The notes under the pieces: generated by a model
What the model was told of the DNA's origin: nothing
The model's input: only the letters and a program-made list of their open reading frames with translations
The model's database searches: none
Shown here: piece by piece, positions 49,879 to 59,234 of the stretch
Position numbering within the stretch: the stretch's first letter is position 1
Layout: every line of letters starts with the position of its first letter
Source: Spirochaetia bacterium
GTDB taxonomy: Bacteria > Spirochaetota > Spirochaetia > DSM-16054 > Sediminispirochaetaceae
Direction of reading: 5' to 3'
Assembly: GCA_034520965.1 (NCBI GenBank)
Contig: JAXHMY010000003.1
Span: 608,001-672,000 of the forward strand
DNA length: 64,000 nucleotides
Position numbers and translations under genes: made by a program

Positions 49879-50239
49879 GATAGGCTTTGGAGAGATTCTT
49901 CTGCTCGGACTGATCGCACTGATATTCATCAACCCCAGGGAGCTTCCGAAGCTGTTTCACAAGGCAGGGCAGCTCTCTGCGCGCCTACGGCGGCTCAAAC
50001 GAGAGTTCGACGAAACGATGAGCCGCTTCGAAGAAGAGGTCAAACACTCGGAAGATACGTACAGGCGGGAGGGGAGCGGCTCCACAGAAAAGCCCGATTC
50101 CCCCGGCGACGAGACTTCTGCCGCGGATGATTCGCAGGAAGATGGAAAAATCGCGAAGCACGAAAGCCGTACCCATAATGAGGCTTCTACCGACGGGCTG
50201 CCGCCGGAAGAGTATAGGAATCGAACAAAGGAGGAGTGA
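49871..50239 (+). CDS. tatB: TatB-like subunit
   Basis: MFKIGFGEILL...PRELP amphipathic helix plus charged tail. Confidence 0.8.
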   Translation: MFKIGFGEILLLGLIALIFINPRELPKLFHKAGQLSARLRRLKREFDETMSRFEEEVKHSEDTYRREGSGSTEKPDSPGDETSAADDSQEDGKIAKHESRTHNEASTDGLPPEEYRNRTKEE

Positions 50240-50243
50240 GTTT

Positions 50244-50468
50244 ATGCTTGGATCCACAGAAATTATCGTACTGGTAGGGGTGGGGCTGGTCCTCTTCGGC
50301 GCCTCGGCAATTCCCAAGTTCGCCCGCTCCCTCGGCCAGGCGAAGCACGAGTTCGAGAAGGGGCAGAAGGAAGAAGAGGAGAAGAAGCAGGCTGAGAAGG
50401 AGAGCCAGGAAGACGGAGCCGACCCCGGGAAAACGGATTCGGATACCAAGGGCAAAAAGCGCGAGTAG
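50244..50468 (+). CDS. tatA: TatA subunit
   Basis: MLGSTEII...LVLFGASAIPKFARSLGQAKHEFEKG; ATG 50244 after AGGAGGAG. Confidence 0.9.
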   Translation: MLGSTEIIVLVGVGLVLFGASAIPKFARSLGQAKHEFEKGQKEEEEKKQAEKESQEDGADPGKTDSDTKGKKRE

Positions 50469-50890
50469 CACAGAGAGGAGCTAGGCGGACCGCTCCATTT
50501 TCTTTCCTCCCGGACTTATCCCGCAGGGTATAGCAGCTTCACCAGTCAGACCCAGGCCCGCTCCTCCTCGCGGTTGTAGTGCACGGAGTTCATTGAAGCA
50601 TCGGTACCATTTGGCAGTAATACTCTATAAGGGTATACAAAATACTTCCGCACTAAGAAAGCCGCGAAGCCTTGGTTAGAAGAGAATTTAGTAGAAAAGG
50701 TAAGTGTCTTTAAAACCGATACAGACTCAACCGAATTAACCAAAGATCTTCTTTCAATTGATCAGTCGCCTACCGATCAGTCAAAGGCAGTCTACGATGA
50801 CTCACCGGATAACTCCAGATAAAAGAATAAAAGGTCATAACATTTGACAAGTAAAAAGGGAAAGAATAGAATCAGCCTTAGGAGTTAAAG

Positions 50891-51265
50891 ATGAATAATG
50901 AGTACAATCGGAAAGAGCTCACGGAAGATTTCTTTGATGATTTGGATGCAATATTCATCGAATTTCTTGCCTGTGATAATACCAACTACGTATATGAAAT
51001 GCTGCTACCCGATATAGCTGAGGGGGTTAAAAACCCGGAGAAGGAATACGGTAAAGAGTGGAAACGAGACAATGAACTGCACATTGGCGAGATGGAATAC
51101 AGAGAACGGGAATTAAAAAAACTGAGGAAGGACAAAGATCTGGAAAAGTTTTTGGACGCCCTTTCGCATATACGCAATTCGATGTCCTCGTTGATAGATT
51201 TAGAAGAAATGGAGTATGAACTAAAAACCGACTTAGCAAAACGCCTGTTTTACGCGGATGAATAA
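50891..51265 (+). CDS. hypothetical acidic protein
   Basis: 124-aa ORF with AGGAG RBS and TTGACA-16nt-TAGAAT promoter. Confidence 0.65.
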   Translation: MNNEYNRKELTEDFFDDLDAIFIEFLACDNTNYVYEMLLPDIAEGVKNPEKEYGKEWKRDNELHIGEMEYRERELKKLRKDKDLEKFLDALSHIRNSMSSLIDLEEMEYELKTDLAKRLFYADE

Positions 51266-51331
51266 AATTTGACGTTTCCCCCATCTTTTACTATGCTTTA
51301 AACATAAGTAAAATAATCATGGAGGAAGAAG

Positions 51332-51763
51332 ATGAGAAAAATTGGATTTTTACTAGTTGCACTATTTGTAGTTGCAAGTGTTGCCGGTGCTGAAGGCATG
51401 TGGCGCGACGGCACCTATGAAGCCCAGGGAGGCGAGTTTAGTCACGGCTGGAAAAACTCAGTAAGTATAGTGGTAGAAAACGGGTATATTGTTAATGCCC
51501 ATTTCGATGCTATTCCTGAAGAAGGCGATAAAATGAAGTATCTGGCCTCTGTCCAGGGCGACTACGGCATGGTAGCAAACTCCGATGCCCAGTCTGCATG
51601 GTATGTACAAGCCGACAAGGCCGCTGCAAAACTACTTGAAATGCAGGATCCCGGTAAAATTCTAAAATCCGGGGGCGGAGTCGACGCTATCTCGGGGGTA
51701 AGTGTAACCATTGCACCCCACTTTGAGCTCGCCCAAAAGGCGCTTAGCGGTAAACGCCGCTAA
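51332..51763 (+). CDS. secreted FMN-binding domain protein (Tp15/PplA-like)
   Basis: Signal peptide, RDGTY, GWK, YGM, WYVQA, VDAISGVSVT flavinylation-like motif. Confidence 0.75.
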   Translation: MRKIGFLLVALFVVASVAGAEGMWRDGTYEAQGGEFSHGWKNSVSIVVENGYIVNAHFDAIPEEGDKMKYLASVQGDYGMVANSDAQSAWYVQADKAAAKLLEMQDPGKILKSGGGVDAISGVSVTIAPHFELAQKALSGKRR

Positions 51764-51806
51764 CAAGGCATACGCGCTCACAACACTAAAAGAGCGCTTA
51801 AAAAGT

Positions 51807-51846
51807 AAAAAGCCGTCCGAGGCATCCCCTCCGGGCGGCTTTCTTT
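51807..51846 (+). terminator. intrinsic terminator
   Basis: AAAAAGCCGTCCG...CGGGCGGCTTTCTTT. Confidence 0.75.
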
Positions 51847-51923
51847 ATTTACAATCACCTTCTTTTACCAACCACCTTCTGTGAGTTCTTGAACATTAAG
51901 GATTTATCTTCTAAAATCAGCCG

Positions 51924-53549
51924 ATGTTGACCTCCGCCAAACATAAGTTCATCTTCATTCATGTACTCACAATGTTAGTACCGCTGTGTGTTATGGGACT
52001 GCTCATTACCATATTTGCGTGGGAAGAAATCGAACAGAGATTTCACCAAGAGCAGATATCCATCCTGAATTCAATAAAAAACCAAGTAGTCGACAGGCAC
52101 GCCGGAGCAATGGAAAATACACTTTTAGTCCTCTCTGAAGATGATGAGTTGTGGAGAATCCACGATGATCCGGAGGTGCAGGATCGGATTCTTAAAAACT
52201 GGAAACTGCTGCAGCAAATATTTCCTAAGCGGGCCTGGATTTATTATGGCGATACCCACAACCGCATTATTGTCTCGCCTCCCTGGGAACCACCGGAGGA
52301 CTACGACCTCAGAGAGCGCCCGTGGTACACCGCTGCTAAAGAGAGTGGCCAGTTAACCTGGGTACAACCCTATGCCGAATTTATCACTGAAGAAACAGTC
52401 TTTACCGCCGCCGTCCCCATCCATAATAAAAACGGTGATTTCACCGGAGTGCTGGCAATAGACACCTTTCTCCAGGATTTCTTCCAGGGTATGCGCACCG
52501 AGGCACTGAAAGAGACTTCTCAACTCCTCATAGTTACCCGCAACAACGAGTCTATTTCCCTCACCCCTGAACAAGAGGATGTGAATACTGCAGACAACCC
52601 CTTCGAATGGAGTAAATTCTTTCGGAATACCGACAGCAGCGGCTACATCAGCTTGAGCGGTACAACCTATTATGCGGCCTTCAAAGAACTCACCCCGCTT
52701 CAGTTTTATCTGGTAAGCCTTACCCCCCGCAGTGCCATTATGACCGATATGGAAACCCTTGGTTACATCATTATTATAGTTACCCTGCTCGGAATCCTCG
52801 TAACTGGCGCCGGCAGCATATATATCGCCCGATACGTGCTGTCCAACATAAAAAGCCTTAACTCCTATATGCATGACATCACCCGGGGAGACCTTACCAT
52901 ACGCACCTGTGTCTCCGGGCAGGATGAGTTTCTTACCCTGAACGCTTACATGAACAGCATGGTCCGAACACTATCCCGACAAATAGAAAGTCAGAAGCGT
53001 ACCAACCAGGAACTGGCCGAGAAAAACAAAAAACTCGACAGACTTGCCAATATGGACGGACTAACCCGCATCGCAAACCAGCGTTATTTTACCGAAACCA
53101 TGCAGCATGAGTGGGAGCGGTTGGGCCGGGAAAAGCAGCCCCTCTCCCTTCTATTTTTGGATATCGATTTCTTTAAACCCTACAACGACCATTATGGACA
53201 TCAAGCCGGCGACGAATGCCTGCGCATAATGGGAGGCATCCTGGAAAACGTCACCCGCCGTCCGGCGGATATCGCGGCTCGCTATGGAGGCGAGGAGTTT
53301 GTCATTTTGCTTCCCAACACCCCTCTCGAAGGAGCCCAGCAAATAGCCCTTGAAATACAAAATAACCTAGCCCAAGAAGAAATCCCCCATGAAAAATCGG
53401 AAATATCCCCCTACCTCACCTGCAGCATAGGTGTCGCAACCACAGTACCGAGCAATGACTCCTCGGCAGACAGTCTTGTAGAGGAAGCGGATAAGGCAAT
53501 GTACGAAGCCAAAAAAGAAGGCCGCAACCGCATTGTTGTAAGTTCTTAA
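51924..53549 (+). CDS. membrane diguanylate cyclase (dCache-HAMP-GGDEF)
   Basis: YDLRERPWY dCache motif, two TMs, HAMP, DIDFFKPYNDHYGH, RPAD I-site, GGEEF. Confidence 0.93.
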   Translation: MLTSAKHKFIFIHVLTMLVPLCVMGLLITIFAWEEIEQRFHQEQISILNSIKNQVVDRHAGAMENTLLVLSEDDELWRIHDDPEVQDRILKNWKLLQQIFPKRAWIYYGDTHNRIIVSPPWEPPEDYDLRERPWYTAAKESGQLTWVQPYAEFITEETVFTAAVPIHNKNGDFTGVLAIDTFLQDFFQGMRTEALKETSQLLIVTRNNESISLTPEQEDVNTADNPFEWSKFFRNTDSSGYISLSGTTYYAAFKELTPLQFYLVSLTPRSAIMTDMETLGYIIIIVTLLGILVTGAGSIYIARYVLSNIKSLNSYMHDITRGDLTIRTCVSGQDEFLTLNAYMNSMVRTLSRQIESQKRTNQELAEKNKKLDRLANMDGLTRIANQRYFTETMQHEWERLGREKQPLSLLFLDIDFFKPYNDHYGHQAGDECLRIMGGILENVTRRPADIAARYGGEEFVILLPNTPLEGAQQIALEIQNNLAQEEIPHEKSEISPYLTCSIGVATTVPSNDSSADSLVEEADKAMYEAKKEGRNRIVVSS

Positions 53550-54751
53550 AGGCTGTGAGGCACAGCTTCTACCGGTTTCCCGCCAAAAAATACCTGTTCA
53601 ACACCTTTTTCGATTCCCTGTAAATTTTCCAGCAGTGCCGCATCTATCACAATTAAATCGGCTACCTTGCCTACCTCTATGCTGCCAATCTCATCCTGCA
53701 GTCCGATCGCTTTCGCCGATGCCAGGCTTGCACAGTGAATTGCCTCCATGGGCGTATAGATTCCCTGTTCCACAAACAGAGATAGCTGCATGGCATTGAG
53801 GCCGTGATAATTATAATTGGTGCCCGCATCGGTACCGTAACATACATTTACTCCCGCCTTTATTGCCGCACGATGGGCCTTGTTCGCACTGGACTCCTGA
53901 TGGTCATGTTCTGAAAGCATGTGCGCGGGAATACCTTCCTGATGAGCTGCCATATGATACCCCACTACCGGAGTCGGGACCAGATAGGTACCCCTTTTCA
54001 GCATCAATTCAATTCCCTCTTCATCTAAAAAAGTCCCATGTTCAATGGTCCGCACACCCGCTTCCACAGCATTTTTTATACCTAACGCACCATGGGCATG
54101 GGCAGCTACATGAGTACCAAGCTTGTCCGCTTCCTCGACAACCGCACGCATCTCCTCCACATTCAGCTGCGGGGCTCCGGGCACTCCCCCCGGATTCATA
54201 ACTGCACCGGTGGCCATCAATTTTAAAAAATCAGCCCCCGCTTTTAGCTGTTCCCGGGCTGCTTTCCGTACCTCATCCACCCCGTCAACTTCATGGTACA
54301 GACCTAAAAAGTAGTCGTTCCCCTCGGCGGTCATACTGATAATCTGGCCGCTGGTTAAAATTCTCGGGCCTTGTATGAATCCCTCTTCAATCGCCTTTTT
54401 TACAGCAAAATCGATTCCATTCACACTTCCCACATTCCGAACGGTGGTAAAACCGCTTCTAAGGGTGTGCTCCATCTCTTGTGCCGTTCGCACGGAACGC
54501 AGCTTATCCTCCACTAGGTTCTCATCATAGGTATTGGCATACCCGTGAAGGTCCATATGAATATGGGTGTCGATAAGCCCCGGAAGAACCGCCTTTCCCT
54601 TTGTTTTAATTATTACGGTATCTGCGGGAACCTGAAGCTCTCCCGTCGCCGCAATTCCTTTAATCCCGTCTTCGTCAAACAGGATATCCATTCCGGAAAC
54701 CGGAGGCGCTCCGGTTCCATCCACTAGTGTTGTATTCTCAAATAAAAACAT
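53546..54751 (-). CDS. metal-dependent amidohydrolase (Xaa-Pro dipeptidase-like)
   Basis: PGLIDTHIH, GFTTVR, LKLMATG, AAHAHG, IEHG, GTDAG; start ATG 54751. Confidence 0.9.
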   Translation of the reverse strand: MFLFENTTLVDGTGAPPVSGMDILFDEDGIKGIAATGELQVPADTVIIKTKGKAVLPGLIDTHIHMDLHGYANTYDENLVEDKLRSVRTAQEMEHTLRSGFTTVRNVGSVNGIDFAVKKAIEEGFIQGPRILTSGQIISMTAEGNDYFLGLYHEVDGVDEVRKAAREQLKAGADFLKLMATGAVMNPGGVPGAPQLNVEEMRAVVEEADKLGTHVAAHAHGALGIKNAVEAGVRTIEHGTFLDEEGIELMLKRGTYLVPTPVVGYHMAAHQEGIPAHMLSEHDHQESSANKAHRAAIKAGVNVCYGTDAGTNYNYHGLNAMQLSLFVEQGIYTPMEAIHCASLASAKAIGLQDEIGSIEVGKVADLIVIDAALLENLQGIEKGVEQVFFGGKPVEAVPHSL

Positions 54752-54822
54752 CTCAGTTCCTTTATAAATAGAACAGGCGGAGCTTGTCACTCCGCCCGTG
54801 TGAGTACTCTCTTACATTTTAC

Positions 54823-56391
54823 CTAATCGAAATCTACCTCATGGGCGCGGACGGTTCCGATCACATCCAGTTCAAATCCGGTTACACCTGCTGCAGATGC
54901 GGCGGTGTAATCATTGTGAGCTATCGGCAGTGCAGGAACCTGTTCGTGCTCAATCGCCTGCATTTCAAGATAGGCCTGTTCCTGCTCGACGCGATCGTAA
55001 GTCGAAATCGCCTTTTGCACAAGATCAACCATTTCCTGGGGTTTCCAGTTGGTATTGGCACCTTCCATCAGCATGGTTTTCATAAAGTTGCTCGGATAGG
55101 GCACATCGTACCATCCCGAAAAGGCCATCTGGTGCTTATAGTTGTTCATCAAATCAGAATGGGTTCCCCATTCATTACTTTCAATGTTTACATTTATACC
55201 AACCTTCGCCAAATCGTCTTTTATAACCTCCGCCGAATCCACCGGATTAGCTACATAAGGCCGGGCGTGGATAAAGGTATTCAAGGTAATATCCAGGCCG
55301 TCGGCATACCCGGCTTCTTTCAGAAGCTCCCGAGCTTTCTGCGGATCGTAGGGGTAATGCTCGATGTTGTCGGCATGTCCGAATACTGTCGGCGGGAGGC
55401 TTGTACTGGCAACGGTTCCCAGTCCTTCGTATACTCCTTTTACCAGCTTTTCAAGATCAATACCGTAGGCAATCGCCTGTCGTACCCGTACATCATCAAC
55501 CGGCGGCATGGTATTGTTAAACACCATGTGGAAAATATTTGCTCCGGGAACCTGGTGAAGTACCATTTTGTCATTGCCCTTCACACTCTCAATCTGGTTT
55601 GGAGCAAGCCCCTTGATGGCATGAACCTGGCCGGACTGCAGTTCTAAGAAACGGGTGGAAATATCGGGAACGACCTTCCAAATAACCTTGTCAACTGTCG
55701 GTTTTTCGCCCCAGTAGTTTTCGTTTCTTTTTAGAACAATGTATTCATCTTTCTTCCATTCTACAAACTCAAAAGGTCCGGTTCCGACGGGGTTCCGATA
55801 GAACTCTTCCCCCTTCTCTTTCACCGCTGCCATACTTACAGGGAACTGCGAATAGTAGCCCATGTAGGTCAGGAAGGGGGCAAACTTATTCTTCAGTTGA
55901 AACTCCACAGTATACGTGTCGACAACCTTTATATCCTCAATAACCTCCGACAGCAGATAGTCGAAATACGAATAATCGCCCAATCCGTAAAACTCATGGT
56001 CCTGATCGATCAGCCTCATAAAACTAAACCGAACTACCTCGGCATTAAAATCAGTTCCATCGTGAAACTTTACCCCTTCGCGAAGGTTAAAAGTCCAGAC
56101 AAGCCCATCATCCGAACGATTCCAGGAAGTAGCCAAAGCCGGTTCCACCTCTAACTGATCATTTTTGAAACGAACCAGTCCATCGTACAAATGAAACATA
56201 AGGTCTATCTCACCCTCCGACCAGGCGTAGCCTGCATCCAGAGTCTGGGCATCGGTACTACGTGCGACAATGAAAGTTTTCTCACTATCCTCCGCTTTTT
56301 CACTCTGTCCACCGGCAAAGACTGCTCCTATTGATAGGCTCAGCATTACTGTCGTCAGCACACATGCTCTAAGAAATTTTTTGTTCTGCAT
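54823..56391 (-). CDS. dppA: dipeptide/oligopeptide ABC transporter substrate-binding protein
   Basis: LREGVKFHDGT, PVGTGPF, VRQAI; signal ending AVFAGGQSE; ATG 56391 after AAGGAG. Confidence 0.92.
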   Translation of the reverse strand: MQNKKFLRACVLTTVMLSLSIGAVFAGGQSEKAEDSEKTFIVARSTDAQTLDAGYAWSEGEIDLMFHLYDGLVRFKNDQLEVEPALATSWNRSDDGLVWTFNLREGVKFHDGTDFNAEVVRFSFMRLIDQDHEFYGLGDYSYFDYLLSEVIEDIKVVDTYTVEFQLKNKFAPFLTYMGYYSQFPVSMAAVKEKGEEFYRNPVGTGPFEFVEWKKDEYIVLKRNENYWGEKPTVDKVIWKVVPDISTRFLELQSGQVHAIKGLAPNQIESVKGNDKMVLHQVPGANIFHMVFNNTMPPVDDVRVRQAIAYGIDLEKLVKGVYEGLGTVASTSLPPTVFGHADNIEHYPYDPQKARELLKEAGYADGLDITLNTFIHARPYVANPVDSAEVIKDDLAKVGINVNIESNEWGTHSDLMNNYKHQMAFSGWYDVPYPSNFMKTMLMEGANTNWKPQEMVDLVQKAISTYDRVEQEQAYLEMQAIEHEQVPALPIAHNDYTAASAAGVTGFELDVIGTVRAHEVDFD

Positions 56392-56413
56392 ACTTTGTTC
56401 TCCTTTAAAGTAT

Positions 56414-57382
56414 TTATTCATATAGATAACAGGCCACCTCGTGACCGGATTCAATCTTTACCATTTGCGGAATATCCTGTTTGCACTTTTCCATTACGTG
56501 GGGACAACGGGTGTGAAAGCGACATCCCGAGGGCGGATTTATTGGACTGGGAACCTCACCTTCAAGTGCACTCAGCTCCAGTCGTCGATCGGGATCGGGA
56601 AAAGGAATCGCCTTCAAGAGCATCTGGGTATACGGATGCGATGTTCGGGCAAACAGTTGATCAGTAGGAGCAATCTCGACGATTTTACCAAGATACATTA
56701 CCGCTATTCGGTCACATAGATGCTTTACCACACTTAGGTCGTGGCTGATAAACAGATAGGTTAAACCAAACTCTTCCTGTAACTCTTTAAGAAGGTTGAG
56801 CACCTGGGCCTGAATGGAAACGTCCAGGGCGGAAACCGGCTCATCAGCTACCACAAACCCCGGGTTCAAGGCCAAGGAACGGGCTATCCCGATTCTCTGC
56901 CGCTGCCCTCCGCTAAACTCGTGGGGGTAGCGGTCGTAGTATTCTTTGCGCAGCCCGACTCTGTCCATCAAAGCCACAACCTTTTCGCGACGCTCTTTCG
57001 CAGTTCCTATGTGATGCACATTGTAGGCCTCGGCTATTATAGAACCGACCTTCCAGGTCGGATTAAGGCTGGAATAGGGGTCCTGATAAATAACTTGGGC
57101 TTGTTTACGAAACTGAACCAGCTCCTTCTTTTTCATTGAGAAAATATCATCGCCCCGAAAAAATACATTTCCCCGGGTAGCCGGCTCCAGATTAAGAACA
57201 AGCTTACGGGTGGTGGATTTTCCACATCCCGATTCTCCTACCAAGCCCAGGGTCTCCCCTTCATCGACGGAAAAGGAAATTCCATCAACCGCCTTTACCT
57301 GATCGTATTTCGTAAGTGTGTTCTGACGCCGAATTGGATAATGTTTATAGAGGTCTTCTACCTTCAGCAAGGGCTCACTCAT
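56414..57382 (-). CDS. dppF: peptide ABC transporter ATP-binding protein
   Basis: GESGCGKST, FSGGQRQRI, DEPVSALD, GCRFHTRCP. Confidence 0.93.
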   Translation of the reverse strand: MSEPLLKVEDLYKHYPIRRQNTLTKYDQVKAVDGISFSVDEGETLGLVGESGCGKSTTRKLVLNLEPATRGNVFFRGDDIFSMKKKELVQFRKQAQVIYQDPYSSLNPTWKVGSIIAEAYNVHHIGTAKERREKVVALMDRVGLRKEYYDRYPHEFSGGQRQRIGIARSLALNPGFVVADEPVSALDVSIQAQVLNLLKELQEEFGLTYLFISHDLSVVKHLCDRIAVMYLGKIVEIAPTDQLFARTSHPYTQMLLKAIPFPDPDRRLELSALEGEVPSPINPPSGCRFHTRCPHVMEKCKQDIPQMVKIESGHEVACYLYE

Positions 57383-58355
57383 CCGTCACCACTCCTTCAT
57401 TTTCAAAGTTCCAGCAGCGAATCATTGATTCGCCTACCTGATACGCCGGCGGCTCCTTTATACGGCAGATTTCACGACACTCGGGACAGCGCGGATGAAA
57501 CCGGCAGGCAGCGGGCAGAGTAGTCAAATCGGGCATAGTACCCTCGATAATAGGCAGTTTGGCTTGTTTAATGTCTATATTCGGAATTGTCGCTAACAAG
57601 CCCCGCGTGTAAGGGTGTTTGGGACGCCGAAAAAGCTCATCCATTGAGGAAAACTCCACAATTTGCCCGGCATACATTACACCAACCTTATGGGCCACCT
57701 GCGCAACTACCCCCAGATCGTGGGTTATCAGCAGCACTCCGGTATCCAGACGCTCCTGTAAGTTCCTCATCAGCAGCAGTATTTGGGCCTGAATGGTTAC
57801 ATCCAGAGCGGTAGTAGGTTCGTCGGCAATTAAAATATCCGGGTTACATGCCAGGGCCATGGCGATCATTATTCGCTGCCGCATACCACCGCTCAGCTGG
57901 TGGGGATACTGCTTCATTATTCTGCGCGCATTCGGAATGCCAACTAAATCAAGGGAATCCACGGTCCTCTCAAGAATCTCCGCCCGGCTTCCGCCTTGAT
58001 GCAGTTCGATAGTCTCGGACAACTGGTCCTGAATAGTGAATACAGGATTCAAGGAGGTCATCGGTTCCTGAAAAATCATGGAAATTCGATCACCCCGAAT
58101 TTTCTGCAATTCATGTTCAGTGAATGCAAGCAGATTCTTATCCTGATAGTTGACACTTCCGGTGACACTTGCATATTTCGGCAGCAGGCCCATTACTGCG
58201 AGGGAGGTAACACTTTTGCCGGCCCCGGATTCACCGACCAGCCCCAGGGTTTCACCTCTTTCAAGGCTAAAATCTATACCGTCCACCGCAACTACCGCAC
58301 CGTGGTCGGTGTGAAACTCTATTTTTAAGTCGTTCACTTGCAGAAGCTTACTCAT
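57375..58355 (-). CDS. dppD: peptide ABC transporter ATP-binding protein
   Basis: GESGAGKS, LSGGMRQR, DEPTTALD, CRFHPRC. Confidence 0.93.
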   Translation of the reverse strand: MSKLLQVNDLKIEFHTDHGAVVAVDGIDFSLERGETLGLVGESGAGKSVTSLAVMGLLPKYASVTGSVNYQDKNLLAFTEHELQKIRGDRISMIFQEPMTSLNPVFTIQDQLSETIELHQGGSRAEILERTVDSLDLVGIPNARRIMKQYPHQLSGGMRQRIMIAMALACNPDILIADEPTTALDVTIQAQILLLMRNLQERLDTGVLLITHDLGVVAQVAHKVGVMYAGQIVEFSSMDELFRRPKHPYTRGLLATIPNIDIKQAKLPIIEGTMPDLTTLPAACRFHPRCPECREICRIKEPPAYQVGESMIRCWNFENEGVVTDE

Positions 58356-58365
58356 CTTAACGCCC

Positions 58366-59232
58366 TTATCGCTTTAATTTCGAATCGAAGGCCTCGCGCA
58401 AACCATCGCCGACCAGATTGAAGGAGAGCACCGCCAGTACAATCATAATTCCCGGAAACACGGTCACCCACCACTGTCCCATCAACAAGTACTCCTTGCC
58501 GGAACTCAACATCGCTCCCCATTCCGGGGTGGAAGGTTTTATACCGATTCCCAAAAACCCGAGTGAAGCGGTATACAGAATTGCATCCGCTAATAACAGG
58601 GTTAAATACACTAAGGCGGAGGGAAATATGTTCGGCAGAATATGACGCCCCATAATCCAGACATTACCTCCGGCTAAGGCCCGCGATGCTTCAATGAAAG
58701 AGTTGGTCTTTACCTTCAAAACCGAACCCCGCACCACCCGCGCCATCTGCGGTATATATACCAAGGAAATCGCAAACATCGCGTTCTGCAGCCCCGCACC
58801 TAAAGAGGCGGCGACGGCCAATGCCAGCAAAAGCGGTGGAAAAGACAGGAACACATCAATAACTCTCATTATAAGAATATCCACGACCCCGCCGTAATAG
58901 GCGGAAACTATACCCAGCAGGGTTCCGAAAAATGCGGTTACCGCAATTACCATATAGCCGACCCGCAGCGAAATCGCACCGCCGTGCAGTATCCGTGAAA
59001 GCAGATCGCGCCCTAAATTATCCGTCCCCAGGGGATGCTCCCAGTTGCCGGCCCAAAAACCGGGCTGCAATTTATTCTCCAAATTGGTTGAAACCGGATC
59101 ATACGGAGAGATCAGTGATGCAAAAAGAGACAGCACAACTAGCAGGAGGGCTACAAACAGAGCAACCATAGCCAAGCGGTTTTTTTTAAAAATTGTAAGC
59201 TTTTGTAAAAATTCACTTTGCATGTGGTCCAT
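58366..59232 (-). CDS. dppC: peptide ABC transporter permease
   Basis: HPLGTDNLGRD, EASRALAG, HILPN, PEWG, GDGLR. Confidence 0.93.
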   Translation of the reverse strand: MDHMQSEFLQKLTIFKKNRLAMVALFVALLLVVLSLFASLISPYDPVSTNLENKLQPGFWAGNWEHPLGTDNLGRDLLSRILHGGAISLRVGYMVIAVTAFFGTLLGIVSAYYGGVVDILIMRVIDVFLSFPPLLLALAVAASLGAGLQNAMFAISLVYIPQMARVVRGSVLKVKTNSFIEASRALAGGNVWIMGRHILPNIFPSALVYLTLLLADAILYTASLGFLGIGIKPSTPEWGAMLSSGKEYLLMGQWWVTVFPGIMIVLAVLSFNLVGDGLREAFDSKLKR

Positions 59233-59234
59233 CC

